Of a stretch of 64,000 nt of DNA, positions 49,735 to 59,221 are shown one piece after another. The first letter of the stretch is position 1. Every line of letters starts with the position of its first letter. Source of the stretch: Candidatus Woesearchaeota archaeon (GTDB lineage Archaea; Nanobdellota; Nanobdellia; Woesearchaeales; JAGLXL01). The notes below the pieces were generated by a model. The model ran no database searches, had not been told where the DNA came from, and saw only the letters and a program-made list of their open reading frames with translations. The stretch covers positions 4,029 to 68,028 of the forward strand of contig DAOWKC010000002.1 of NCBI GenBank assembly GCA_030640025.1. The letters run 5' to 3'. Position numbers and translations under genes: made by a program.

Positions 49735-50150
49735 CAGATGGACACAGAGGCATCAATCAGAAAACACTAGGCTCATTTATGAATTAAGTGGTCTGAGGAG
49801 ACGTCATGGTTGGTTGGCCATAGCCTCCTCAAAGCTTCTTGACAATCCGTTTGAAATAGAAGCCGTTGATCTTAAGCTCAACTGACCACCCTCATATATG
49901 GGATAGGAAATTAGAAATCTTTCTTTCTTTTTAAACATTTACCCTCTAGAATATATAGTTTTCTTTCGTTAGAAAAAGACTATGGCCAACCAACCACACC
50001 TATACCCATATATCACCATCGAGCTTTTTTGTCAAATCCTCTTTTGCTTTATGACATAGAAAAAATGTTGAAGTTTATAAATTTTCTTAATCTCTAGAAT
50101 ATATAAATTTAACCCCAAATTAGTGAAGTTGGGGTAAATAATCTTTTTTG
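49735..50150. ncRNA. Candidate cluster of complementary structured non-coding RNAs
   Basis: Multi-branch fold plus 17-nt and 14-nt long-range complementary blocks; repeated ctctagaatatata; no ORF of 60 aa or more. Confidence 0.5.
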
Positions 50151-50157
50151 GCCCCAT

Positions 50158-50814
50158 CTATTTAAATGCTTTTTTAACAGCATCTTCATGGCCAGCGCCG
50201 ATGATAGTGAGAATGGTTTTATCTGGGTTTTCTTTGAGGAGATAGGTGAGATTACGGATCATGACTTTATTGCGTTCTTCGACTAGGACCTGGTAGATGT
50301 TGGGATAGCGCTGCTTGAGCTCTTTGATAAGTTTTTTTATCAATGTTTTAGGAGGGACTTTAGTGAGGTCAAATTTTTCAAATTGTTTTTTTCTGGAGAA
50401 AATTCCTTTGAAAAGATCGATGATAAAGCGGAAGCGTTCTTTCCAAGTCAAGGTTTGGGAAAATCTTTGAAGGGTGATGGTGATATCCTGGTCGATTAAA
50501 GCAAGAGGAGTTTTGGTTTTTTTAGCTAATTTGATGGCGTGGAGCATTTCAGCGCCAGGAGCAGTACCGACCATTTTGCCGAGTTTTTTTTGGATATAAG
50601 CGCCGATAAGGGCAAAAAGAAAACCTTTAAAGCCGATTTTTTTGATATCAGCCAGCTGGATTCTTGATTTTTGATTGCTTAAGAGAGCTTGGAAGCGTTT
50701 GGGGTCTAATTCCAAGGCAATGATGTCTGGTTTTTTTTCAAGGATAGTATGTTCTATTTCTTTGATACTCTGTTGAGCGATATGAGACGTTCCAATTAAG
50801 ATAATATTAGCCAT
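50158..50814 (-). CDS. TraB/GumN family protein
   Basis: IGTSH, ALELD, ERNKVM, IGAGH. Confidence 0.9.
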   Translation of the reverse strand: MANIILIGTSHIAQQSIKEIEHTILEKKPDIIALELDPKRFQALLSNQKSRIQLADIKKIGFKGFLFALIGAYIQKKLGKMVGTAPGAEMLHAIKLAKKTKTPLALIDQDITITLQRFSQTLTWKERFRFIIDLFKGIFSRKKQFEKFDLTKVPPKTLIKKLIKELKQRYPNIYQVLVEERNKVMIRNLTYLLKENPDKTILTIIGAGHEDAVKKAFK

Positions 50815-50874
50815 GAGTACAGAAAAATATATAAAGTTTAAAAGTTTTTTGAAATTGTACGTGAGGTGTTATAA

Positions 50875-51150
50875 ATGCTACAAATGAAGAAGATACGGGA
50901 AACCTATGATATGAAGGTGTTTACTGATCAAGGAGACTATTTTGGTGATGTTGAAGATTCTATTTTAACTGCGACTAAGGTTTTTGGCTGGAAAATTAAA
51001 GCAACAAAAGGTTCGTTTTTGACCAAGGTTTTGGGTTCAGCCAAAGGAGTAATTGTGCCACACCAATTAGTTAAGGCGGTGAGTGATATCATTATTATCT
51101 CCAAGACAGCAGTGCCAAATTATCCAGCTGAAGAAGGAGCTGAAGAATAA
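50875..51150 (+). CDS. PRC-barrel protein (CdpB-like)
   Basis: VFTDQGDYFGDVED...VPHQLVKAVSDIIII. Confidence 0.85.
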   Translation: MLQMKKIRETYDMKVFTDQGDYFGDVEDSILTATKVFGWKIKATKGSFLTKVLGSAKGVIVPHQLVKAVSDIIIISKTAVPNYPAEEGAEE

Positions 51151-51177
51151 ATTTATTTTTTGATTTCTTTTTGAATA

Positions 51178-51759
51178 ATGAAAGGGGAAACTGAACTCAA
51201 ACTGATGCTTTATTTTACCGTAGGTTACCTCTTATTTTTCACAATTATTTCTGTTTTAAAACAAAATTATGAATTTTTGTATTACGCAATGATTATGACA
51301 GTACTGATTTTGATAGCGATTTTTTATCATAAGAAGCTTCACTTGCCAAATTATATTTTAGGGGGATTGAGTTTAGTGGGTGTGTTGCATCTGATGGGGG
51401 GGTTTCTTTTTATCGGCAGTACAAGACTGTATGACTTCTGGCTGATTCCTGGAATTTTCAAGTATGATAACCTCGTGCATTTAGTTGGTATTTTTGTAGT
51501 GACTATTTTAGCATATAATTTGTTATATCCCCACCTTGACAAGAAGATTAAGCATAATAAATTCTTGTTATCGCTGCTGTTGGTTTTGATTGCTTTGGGT
51601 GTGGGGGCCTTTAATGAAATTCTTGAATTAGTGGTGGTTGTTTTTTTACCGGCAGCACATGGTATTGGCGGTTATTTTAATAATGTTCTAGATTTGTTAT
51701 TTGGCTTGCTCGGCTCTATTTTCGCTGCTCTTTTAATTGTATACTGGAAGAAAAAATGA
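51178..51759 (+). CDS. Membrane protein (DUF2238/YjdF-like)
   Basis: YDNLVH, NEILE, DL motifs. Confidence 0.7.
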   Translation: MKGETELKLMLYFTVGYLLFFTIISVLKQNYEFLYYAMIMTVLILIAIFYHKKLHLPNYILGGLSLVGVLHLMGGFLFIGSTRLYDFWLIPGIFKYDNLVHLVGIFVVTILAYNLLYPHLDKKIKHNKFLLSLLLVLIALGVGAFNEILELVVVVFLPAAHGIGGYFNNVLDLLFGLLGSIFAALLIVYWKKK

Positions 51760-52397
51760 ATTCATTAAGAAATTTTTTATTCAATATTTTAGATAAACCA
51801 GGTTCATGGTTTACGACAAAAGGATACTTAAAATACTACAAACTAAAAGAAGGTGATGTAATTATAGACTGCGGAGCATATTTAGGATATTTTACTGTGT
51901 TTGCTGCCAAGAAAGTTGGGAAAAAAGGAAAAGTAATTGCCTTTGAACCAGAAACCAAGAATTATAATTTTTTAAAAAAAATAATTGATTCAGAAAAATT
52001 AGAAAATGTTATTGTTATAAAAAAAGCATTATATAACGAAAAAAAAGAACTGTGTTTCAAAAGTAGATTTATGTTTTCTTCTATTTCAAATAAAAAAAAT
52101 GTGTCTAAAGGAAAAAAAATTATTTCTACGACCTTAGACTATGAATTAGAAAGATTAGGCATCAAAAAAGTGGATTTTATAAAAATGGATATAGAAGGTG
52201 CTGAATTAGAAGCACTTGAAGGCGCTAAAAACACACTTAAAAATACATCACATTTAGCCATTGCCTGTTATCATATAAGAAATGGCAAAATAACAGGCAA
52301 AACCCTAAAACCTTTACTGGATGATATCGGCTTCAAGACTAAAATTGGTTTTATTTCACACTTAACCCTCTATGCTTCTAAAATACAAAAGCCTTAG
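51756..52397 (+). CDS. FkbM-family methyltransferase
   Basis: IDCGAYLG, AFEP, KMDIEGAE. Confidence 0.9.
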   Translation: MNSLRNFLFNILDKPGSWFTTKGYLKYYKLKEGDVIIDCGAYLGYFTVFAAKKVGKKGKVIAFEPETKNYNFLKKIIDSEKLENVIVIKKALYNEKKELCFKSRFMFSSISNKKNVSKGKKIISTTLDYELERLGIKKVDFIKMDIEGAELEALEGAKNTLKNTSHLAIACYHIRNGKITGKTLKPLLDDIGFKTKIGFISHLTLYASKIQKP

Positions 52398-52399
52398 AA

Positions 52400-53164
52400 A
52401 TGACAAAAGTAATATCTAACCCCTCGATTTTAAACAACAAGGAATTAAATTTTGTGGATATGCACCATCATTCGATTTTTTCTGACGGCAATAAAACACC
52501 AAAATACATTGCGAAATATTTTATCAAGAAAAAGAGAGGGGTGTGTATTGCAGACCACAATCAAATCAAAGGGGCTGTTTATTTAGCCAAGCAAAAAGAA
52601 TTATTTTCGATACCAGCCATAGAAATCACATCAAAAGAAGCAAAAGATATCTTAGGTTATTTTTATAATATTAGAGACCTGCAATCTTTTTGGGAAAAAG
52701 AGATTCAGAAAAAAATAAGGAATAATGCTTTATTTAATTTGAACAGAACAACACTGAGCATACATGATATTGTTGAAAAAATAAAACAATATAGTGGGAT
52801 TCCCATACTGGCGCATCCCTTTACATTTAAACCAAAAAACGCAGAGAAATTTTTGTTTGATAAAGATTTCATGAGGAAAATAAAAGGAACAGAGATATTT
52901 GCTTGTGGAAGAGCTAAAAATAATCAAATCAAGCTGATAACACAACTCAACAAACCAATAGTGGCAGGCAGCGACAGCCACTTAGTGTCTTCGCTGAATA
53001 CCTTGACAGGAAGTTATTTTTTTGACAAAGATAGTTTTTTAGATTCTATATTAAAAAAAGAGAATATAATCTATTACCAAAAAGAAAATTACTTTTTCAA
53101 AACATTTCATAATCTGATTGTTTTAAAGAATAATATACATCTAAAAGCACCGAAGAATTTTTAA
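52400..53164 (+). CDS. PHP-domain phosphoesterase
   Basis: DMHHHS..SDG, ADHN, AHP, GSDSH. Confidence 0.88.
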   Translation: MTKVISNPSILNNKELNFVDMHHHSIFSDGNKTPKYIAKYFIKKKRGVCIADHNQIKGAVYLAKQKELFSIPAIEITSKEAKDILGYFYNIRDLQSFWEKEIQKKIRNNALFNLNRTTLSIHDIVEKIKQYSGIPILAHPFTFKPKNAEKFLFDKDFMRKIKGTEIFACGRAKNNQIKLITQLNKPIVAGSDSHLVSSLNTLTGSYFFDKDSFLDSILKKENIIYYQKENYFFKTFHNLIVLKNNIHLKAPKNF

Positions 53165-53901
53165 TCGTTTTCTACTCTGGGTGCTAAGATAAAAGAAAGC
53201 ATGACTTTGTCGACAGCAAGATAATCTAATCTCAAAGGATAATCACTGTTGAATTGGATGTTGACTCTGTCAGCTAGTTTAGCTCCATCAATCATTTTCT
53301 TGAGATATTCAATGCTGTATTTGGCTTTGACTTTGTCATCAGAGGCTTTGATCTGGGTTTCGGTGCCGGCACTGATTTCGATCTTGGCTTTGGATAAGTC
53401 ACCTTCAGCAGAAACAACTAGTTTATTTGGGTCTCCTAAAAAGGTGACTGATTCAGCGACAACATCAACATCACTAATAGCTTCGCTTAAAACACTGGCG
53501 GGGGTGGTGACATTAATCGGAAATTTTAACTCAGGTATTCTTTGTTCTTTTTCTTCTAATTCAATTAAAGGGATGGAGAAAGTTCTGGTGGTATCGGATT
53601 TAAATTCAATTTTTAACTTGCCTTCAGCTGTTTCTAAAGTAACAACATCATTTGATTTAGAACGTCTGAGGACTTGTTTTAAGTTGCTTAAATTGATGGC
53701 AAGCTGTTCGTCTTTGTCAACATTAAATTCAGTAAAGGTTGAGGCAAGAAGTTTGAAAATAACCATGGCAACATTAGCTGGATCCATGGCCACAAGTTCA
53801 AAACCCTCTTTGGTGATATTAAATTTAGCTTCATTAACAAGCTCTGAAATAATAGAAATGCTATCTTTGAGATATTTAGGTTCGGCGAGAGTTAACTTCA
53901 T
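53161..53901 (-). CDS. pcna: PCNA sliding clamp
   Basis: AMDPANVAMV, YSIEYL, FILAPRVE. Confidence 0.96.
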   Translation of the reverse strand: MKLTLAEPKYLKDSISIISELVNEAKFNITKEGFELVAMDPANVAMVIFKLLASTFTEFNVDKDEQLAINLSNLKQVLRRSKSNDVVTLETAEGKLKIEFKSDTTRTFSIPLIELEEKEQRIPELKFPINVTTPASVLSEAISDVDVVAESVTFLGDPNKLVVSAEGDLSKAKIEISAGTETQIKASDDKVKAKYSIEYLKKMIDGAKLADRVNIQFNSDYPLRLDYLAVDKVMLSFILAPRVEND

Positions 53902-53953
53902 TATTCCACCCCTGTTTGATAATAAATTTAAGAAGTGTACTGATTTATATGTT

Positions 53954-55297
53954 TTATGGTGATAAAGTTAAACTTTGGCCATTGAAGATTTTATGGACGG
54001 TTTGCTGTTTTTTATAGCCCATTTCTTCGGCCAGATTAAGAAATTCATTGATTTGGGGCTTTTCAGAATGGACAGGGATGAGATGTTGAGCTTGGATTAA
54101 ATTGATGAAATCTCTTAAGTCTTCTCTGGCACCGTGGCCTGAGACATGGATATCTTTGAAGAGTCTGATGCCTTTTTCAATGAGATTTTTTTCTAGTTCT
54201 GCTCTTTGTTTTCGGTTGATGTCAGTTGGGATGATGATTGAAGAGAAGATTAAATGGTCTTGAGATTTGAATTTGAAGGGGAGGTCACCATTAGCAATTC
54301 TTGAGAGGATGGATTTAGGTTCACCTTGGTGGCCGGTGACGACCATGAGATATTTTTCTGGTCCTCGTTTTTGTATCTCTTGAAGTTTTTTTCTGACTTG
54401 CTTGCCGTAATGGCAAATAGTGACGTCTTTGGTGAAATTGATTAAGTTAACTTGTTCTGCGGCTCTAGAATATTTTGACAAGGAGCGGCCCATAAAGACA
54501 ATTTTTCTTTTGAGTTGTTTGCCAAATTCAACTATGGATTTTAGTCTGGCGATGTGTGAGGAGAAAGTTGTGACTAGTAAGGCAGAGCCTTTGGAATTAA
54601 CACCAAGCATAACGTCTCTAAGCATTTCTTTGGCAGTTGATTCGCAGGGAGTTTTTTTGTAAGCGTCTGCATAGAGGGTGTCGATGAAAGAGACTAAAAT
54701 GCCTTTTTGTTGTAAACGTTTAAGAGCTTCGTAATTTGGCGGTTTGCCTAAGACTGGATGGTCATCCATTTTGAAGTCGGTGGCGTAGAGGACAACTCCG
54801 TAAGGTGTGTGTAAGGCGATGGCCACGGCCTGGGGTGTGGAGTGGGTGATGTTGACGAATTCTATTTTTAATTTGTCGGTTAATTTTATTTGGCCGTTGG
54901 GCGGGAGAACTTTGATTTTGTTGGGGAGGTCAATTTTTTCATCCTTGAGAATGGTTTTAAGAACTGCGGCAGTAAAAGGTGCGCAGATAACCGGTGCATT
55001 GTATTTTTTAGCTAAGTAAGGAATGGCGCCGATATGATCTAAGTGGGCATGAGAAGGGATGATAGCTTGGACTTGATCTCGCCAATCGTTGATTAAAGAA
55101 TCGTCTGGAATGGCTTGGACTTTTTGCAAAGCCTTGGCTGAGTGTTTAGTGACGTTTTCGCCTTCTTCTTCGGTATATTTGATGTAATGAGGGAGATGAA
55201 GGCCCATGTCGAAAATGATGACTTCGTCATCGACTTTGACTGCAGTCATGTTTTTGCCGACTTCTCCGTAACCGCCAATAGCTCTGATTTCAATCAT
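53954..55297 (-). CDS. rnj: Ribonuclease J (beta-CASP)
   Basis: GGYGEVGKNM, HAHLDHIG, TGHQGEP, HVSGH. Confidence 0.93.
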   Translation of the reverse strand: MIEIRAIGGYGEVGKNMTAVKVDDEVIIFDMGLHLPHYIKYTEEEGENVTKHSAKALQKVQAIPDDSLINDWRDQVQAIIPSHAHLDHIGAIPYLAKKYNAPVICAPFTAAVLKTILKDEKIDLPNKIKVLPPNGQIKLTDKLKIEFVNITHSTPQAVAIALHTPYGVVLYATDFKMDDHPVLGKPPNYEALKRLQQKGILVSFIDTLYADAYKKTPCESTAKEMLRDVMLGVNSKGSALLVTTFSSHIARLKSIVEFGKQLKRKIVFMGRSLSKYSRAAEQVNLINFTKDVTICHYGKQVRKKLQEIQKRGPEKYLMVVTGHQGEPKSILSRIANGDLPFKFKSQDHLIFSSIIIPTDINRKQRAELEKNLIEKGIRLFKDIHVSGHGAREDLRDFINLIQAQHLIPVHSEKPQINEFLNLAEEMGYKKQQTVHKIFNGQSLTLSP

Positions 55298-55345
55298 GAA
55301 TTTTAGAAGTTTTTTAGAATATAAAAATGTTTGGAATTGAGATTA

Positions 55346-55723
55346 TTAATACCAATCATGACCTTTTATTCCAAGAAGGATATTCAATGCACTACCTCTT
55401 ACCCGTGCTTCTGCACTTTCTCTTTCATGCCCTCTTCTTATCATTGATTCTGGTTTCCAGTAATTTTCCTTTGCTTTTTCATAAGCCTCGTTAGAATCGT
55501 AATGTTCGCGACGAGGAGGGTCAAATCCAAATATTTCAGCAACCCGGGACATTCCTGCCTTATGAGCAGCCACTGCCTTTGGATTCGAACTAATTAAAAG
55601 AAGAAAATCAAGATCATGAAGTTTATTAAAACTTTTCTTTCTTTCTTCTAGATCGACTGCTTTAGCTAGTCTATCATCAAGGATTCCGAGGATTGGATTG
55701 TTTATTCTAGTCATTTTAATCAT
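55346..55723 (-). CDS. Hypothetical protein
   Basis: ORF translationally coupled to the NUDIX gene. Confidence 0.6.
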   Translation of the reverse strand: MIKMTRINNPILGILDDRLAKAVDLEERKKSFNKLHDLDFLLLISSNPKAVAAHKAGMSRVAEIFGFDPPRREHYDSNEAYEKAKENYWKPESMIRRGHERESAEARVRGSALNILLGIKGHDWY

Positions 55724-56384
55724 TCAAAACATGGACTCTTTTATCTGGGGCTGGTTTGAAAAGATGTTGGAATTTTTTAACAATATACCTAACGTCGTTA
55801 GTGAAATCCTGGGGATTCTTTTTAATTTGTTTTTCAAGATCTTTTAATTCAAAAACCTGAATACCACAAGCTTCATCATCTCTGAATTTAATTGAGCCGT
55901 CATAATAGCCAATGTAAAACTGAGTCATGCTTGGTTCAACCCATTCTTTGCCTGAGCTTTCTTTTCTGGTTGATTGATAGTTATCTAAATGGATGATGGG
56001 AGTGAGGATGCCTAAAACATGGAGGTCGGCAACAGAAACACTATGTTTAAACTCGGTTGGATTGACGATAGTAGCTGGAATACCTAATTCTTCAGCGCAT
56101 TCTTTAAGTAAGGTTAAATCATAGGAATCTTTAGTGGAAACGTGACCGCCAATGGTTTTATCCCACATGTTGGAATTATCGCCTTTCCATTTTGATCTTT
56201 TTTGTAAAATAATCCTGCCGTTTGAAGTCATTAAAATAAGCCTGACGTGTTTGTGTCGGACAGAAACTTTGCCTCGCTTAGAAAATTCATGGCGCATCTT
56301 TTCATGGAGCTTCTTTTTTTCCATACTGCCGAGTAATTCGCCTTCGTAAGAATAGTAATCAATCATTTCCCGGTTAAATTTCAT
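55716..56384 (-). CDS. NUDIX hydrolase (IDI-like)
   Basis: LQKRS..K, WDKTIGGHV, KECAEELGI. Confidence 0.85.
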   Translation of the reverse strand: MKFNREMIDYYSYEGELLGSMEKKKLHEKMRHEFSKRGKVSVRHKHVRLILMTSNGRIILQKRSKWKGDNSNMWDKTIGGHVSTKDSYDLTLLKECAEELGIPATIVNPTEFKHSVSVADLHVLGILTPIIHLDNYQSTRKESSGKEWVEPSMTQFYIGYYDGSIKFRDDEACGIQVFELKDLEKQIKKNPQDFTNDVRYIVKKFQHLFKPAPDKRVHVLND

Positions 56385-56527
56385 TTTGATTTTCCTCTAT
56401 TTTTGATAAAATTTAAAGCAGCTAATTCAAAAAAATGAGATTTATTTCTGTAAGTTTTTGACTTCATTTCATCACGGACTTTAGTTAGAGTATCTTCGCC
56501 TACAGTTATGCTTATTTTTTGTCTCAT
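56381..56527 (-). CDS. Ribbon-helix-helix (CopG-like) regulator, 48 aa
   Basis: Manual translation MRQKISITVGEDTLTKVRDEMKSKTYRNKSHFFELAALNFIKNRGKSK; stop overlaps the NUDIX ATG. Confidence 0.75.
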   Translation of the reverse strand: MRQKISITVGEDTLTKVRDEMKSKTYRNKSHFFELAALNFIKNRGKSK

Positions 56528-56603
56528 ATCATAGTATTTTATACTACTAGTATATAAATGTTTCTATTTTTAACTACTTTTGAGTGGTAAATTAAAAGAA
56601 TAA

Positions 56604-58277
56604 TCACTTAAGAAGTTCTCTTGACCTTTTGTTCAAATCAGCAAAATAACCACGGATTAACTGAGTCATCTGATGAAAATAATTGAGGGCGGTGAGGGTT
56701 TCGTCTTGTTGTTGATAAGATAAATTAATAACTTTTTTGAAGAATTCTTGAGGTTCGCCTTCGGCTAATATCCCTGGGTCGCTTTGAAACCATTTGTATT
56801 TGACAACATCTTTTTCTCCGATTTCTTTCATAGTTGTTCTGACTGAATTACCAAGAGGGATTCCTAAAATAACATTTTTACCAAATAATTTTCTGGGGGA
56901 TTTATGATGTTGGATGTCATATTCTGGTTCTTTGGTAAAGGAAAATTGGAGCTCATAGTCTGTACTACCATACGTAAACCGATGCAATTTAATTTGAAAA
57001 TATTTGTTCTCGGCTTGAAGTATAAGGGTGGCCCAACACTCATTACCTTTTCGACTTTTGAGAGAAAAATCATAAGGGGGCTTGGAATTATCTGGACGGT
57101 AAACTTTAAATTCTCTTTTCAAAATGGCGAGTTGCGATAATTCACTGTGCAAAGTTAAAAATATTTCGTGGAGACCTTTTTCACCTAAACAACGTTCCTG
57201 CAGGGCTTGATAAGTCCCTTCATTTAAGATGGTAAGTGAGGATTGGTCACGGCCGAGATTAGGTAAATCGTTTCTAATTCTGATTAATTCCTTGTATAAT
57301 TGCTCTGTGTTTTGAAGTTGTTCTGATTCTTTTTGGGAAATACATTTTCTAAAAACTTGGTTGATTTCTTCAGGGATTTTGGAGTTGATATCTGAAGGGT
57401 CGTCTTTGAAGAGACTTTCCATTGGTAATTGATTAGTAAACATTTTATAAAGAAGTGTACCAAAAGCAAAAAGGTCGTCTTGAGAAACAGGTTTGCCACC
57501 TTTTCTTTGATTAGGTGACATATATTCAAAAGTTCCGACAGCTTCTGGATTGGTTTGGGAAAGAGAAGCAACAAGGGTATGAGTTAAACTAGATGATTTA
57601 ACTGTACTCAAACCAAAATCTGTAATTTTAACTTGATCGCCAGGAGTGATGAGAACATTGCCTGGTTTTAAATCCCGGTGAATAATTGTATGGTCATGAC
57701 AGTATTTCAAAGCATCGGCAATTTGGATAAGAATATCAAGACCGTAGGCAGTTGAAATAAATTCGCCGGCCTGAGATTTTTCTTCTAAGAGGCTGTCTAA
57801 ATCTTGGCCGTCAATATATTCCCTGACAAGCCAAGGTTTTTTTTCGTGGATACCGGCATCCAGAACTTGGACAAGATGTGGGTGTTGGAATTCTTGCTTT
57901 GATCCAAGAAGAATAGCAACCTCTCTTTGAAATTGACCAACATTATTATCGATTGTATCGTTTGAAATCTTAAAGGCAAAAGTTTCTCCTGGTTTGGTTG
58001 TATCGCTGGCTTTGTAAACAGCGCCAACAGCTCCTTCGCCAATTTTTTTACCGAGAACATATTTATCAATAGTGATTAGAGTTGGTTCTTCTTGAGGGGT
58101 TTCTACTGTTGGTGGTGATTCTTCAGAAGGTTCTCCTTCTGGAAGAGGTTGGTCTTCTTCAGTTGGAGCTGGGTCTTGAGATTCTTCTGGAGAGCTTTCT
58201 TCTTCTGGAGCTTCTCCTGCCGGTGTTTCTCTTTCAGGTTCTCCTTCTCTGGGAAGCAATGTTTCTCCTTCTGGCAT
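56604..58277 (-). CDS. Hanks-type Ser/Thr protein kinase
   Basis: GEGAVGAVY, HRDLKPGN, DFG, GTFEYMSP; Pro/Glu-rich N-terminus. Confidence 0.92.
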   Translation of the reverse strand: MPEGETLLPREGEPERETPAGEAPEEESSPEESQDPAPTEEDQPLPEGEPSEESPPTVETPQEEPTLITIDKYVLGKKIGEGAVGAVYKASDTTKPGETFAFKISNDTIDNNVGQFQREVAILLGSKQEFQHPHLVQVLDAGIHEKKPWLVREYIDGQDLDSLLEEKSQAGEFISTAYGLDILIQIADALKYCHDHTIIHRDLKPGNVLITPGDQVKITDFGLSTVKSSSLTHTLVASLSQTNPEAVGTFEYMSPNQRKGGKPVSQDDLFAFGTLLYKMFTNQLPMESLFKDDPSDINSKIPEEINQVFRKCISQKESEQLQNTEQLYKELIRIRNDLPNLGRDQSSLTILNEGTYQALQERCLGEKGLHEIFLTLHSELSQLAILKREFKVYRPDNSKPPYDFSLKSRKGNECWATLILQAENKYFQIKLHRFTYGSTDYELQFSFTKEPEYDIQHHKSPRKLFGKNVILGIPLGNSVRTTMKEIGEKDVVKYKWFQSDPGILAEGEPQEFFKKVINLSYQQQDETLTALNYFHQMTQLIRGYFADLNKRSRELLK

Positions 58278-58349
58278 TTTTCAATTATGTTTAGAACACG
58301 CTCCGATTATGAGGTTGGCGAAGATTTAACTTATAAATCTTTCGTAATA

Positions 58350-58443
58350 TTAAATGCGGGCGGCAGGGTTCCCACGTCAGAACCCTTGGTTCCGACACCT
58401 CCCCTCGCTCCGCTCGGAAATTTAAATGCGGGCGGCAGGGTTC
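58350..58443. repeat. 22-bp direct repeat of the tRNA-Leu 3' end (58350-58371 and 58422-58443)
   Basis: ttaaatgcgggcggcagggttc twice, with a hairpin-containing spacer. Confidence 0.85.
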
Positions 58444-58595
58444 GAACCTGCGTAGGCACTAAGCCAACAGATGACTTACGAATGGTTCTTCATCGCACTG
58501 CGATTGCAGCACTCTGCACTCAAATGCCTTGAGTTAAGACGACACACAGTTCAACTGTGAGTTACTGTCCCGTTTGGCCACTCCGGCACGCCCGC
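58427..58595 (-). tRNA. tRNA-Leu(CAA) with introns at 30/31 (58535-58564) and 37/38 (58473-58527)
   Basis: Removal gives ACAGA-CTCAAGA-TCTGT; variable and T arms match tRNA-Leu. Confidence 0.82.
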
Positions 58596-58704
58596 ATGAA
58601 CGTAGTGAATGTGGGCACCAGGAAATCTCTGATTTCCGCTGCGCCCGCAGATAGAGTTTGAAAATTAGAAGTGGTATTTAAATTTAATTATAAAAAAAAG
58701 AAAT

Positions 58705-59220
58705 TTATTCAAGTCTGCCGAGTTTGTTTTCGATGTCAGCTAATTCTGATTCGAGTTTTTCAATGTCAGTCATGGGTTTTGGTTTTTCCATGACTGGCGG
58801 CGCTAACTTGGCTTGAGTTTCTTTAGCCACTGGTTTTTTAGCTGCTTTTTTGATGACTTTTACTTTCTTTTTCTTACTGTGTAATTTGTGGTGTTTAGTC
58901 AAGCTTTGCCTTGATTTGAATTCTTTGTCGCAGCGATCGCATTTGAAGATTTTGTGCTCTTGGTGCAGATGAATCCTTAATTTGGTTTTAGGCAAAGCTT
59001 TGCGTAATTTATTGATATAAAGTTTGAGCTGGCGAACATCTTCTCTCAAACGCTTAATGGCTTCTTGTTTTTCATTGCGAAGGGTTTTAAGTTTTTCATG
59101 CTGCTGCAAGAACTGAACCATTTCCTTTGAAGTTTCTAAAATATTTCTTCTAACTTCAAGAGGATCCTGGACACCAACGAAAAAGACTTCTTCTTTTTCC
59201 TGAGTTTTTTTCTTAGCCAT
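58705..59220 (-). CDS. Coiled-coil protein with an internal C2H2 zinc finger
   Basis: FKCDRCDKEFKSRQSLTKHHKLH. Confidence 0.75.
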   Translation of the reverse strand: MAKKKTQEKEEVFFVGVQDPLEVRRNILETSKEMVQFLQQHEKLKTLRNEKQEAIKRLREDVRQLKLYINKLRKALPKTKLRIHLHQEHKIFKCDRCDKEFKSRQSLTKHHKLHSKKKKVKVIKKAAKKPVAKETQAKLAPPVMEKPKPMTDIEKLESELADIENKLGRLE

Positions 59221-59221
59221 T

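Noticed and set aside
49780-49895. tRNA, 5S rRNA or RNase P RNA call
   Set aside because: Cloverleaf-like, but no TTC T-loop, no GAGGAAAGTCC, and only GGCCATAGC resembles 5S
49969-50019. 16-aa hydrophobic minus-strand peptide (MVIYGYRCGWLAIVFF) as a type I toxin
   Set aside because: Too short to support, and it coincides with the complementary blocks, so it may be incidental
53249-53962. 237-aa plus-strand ORF
   Set aside because: Antisense shadow of PCNA; the other short overlapping ORFs in the track were dismissed for the same reason
58149-58532. 127-aa ORF with a repeated LNAGGRV
   Set aside because: The repeat reflects the duplicated tRNA 3' end read antisense
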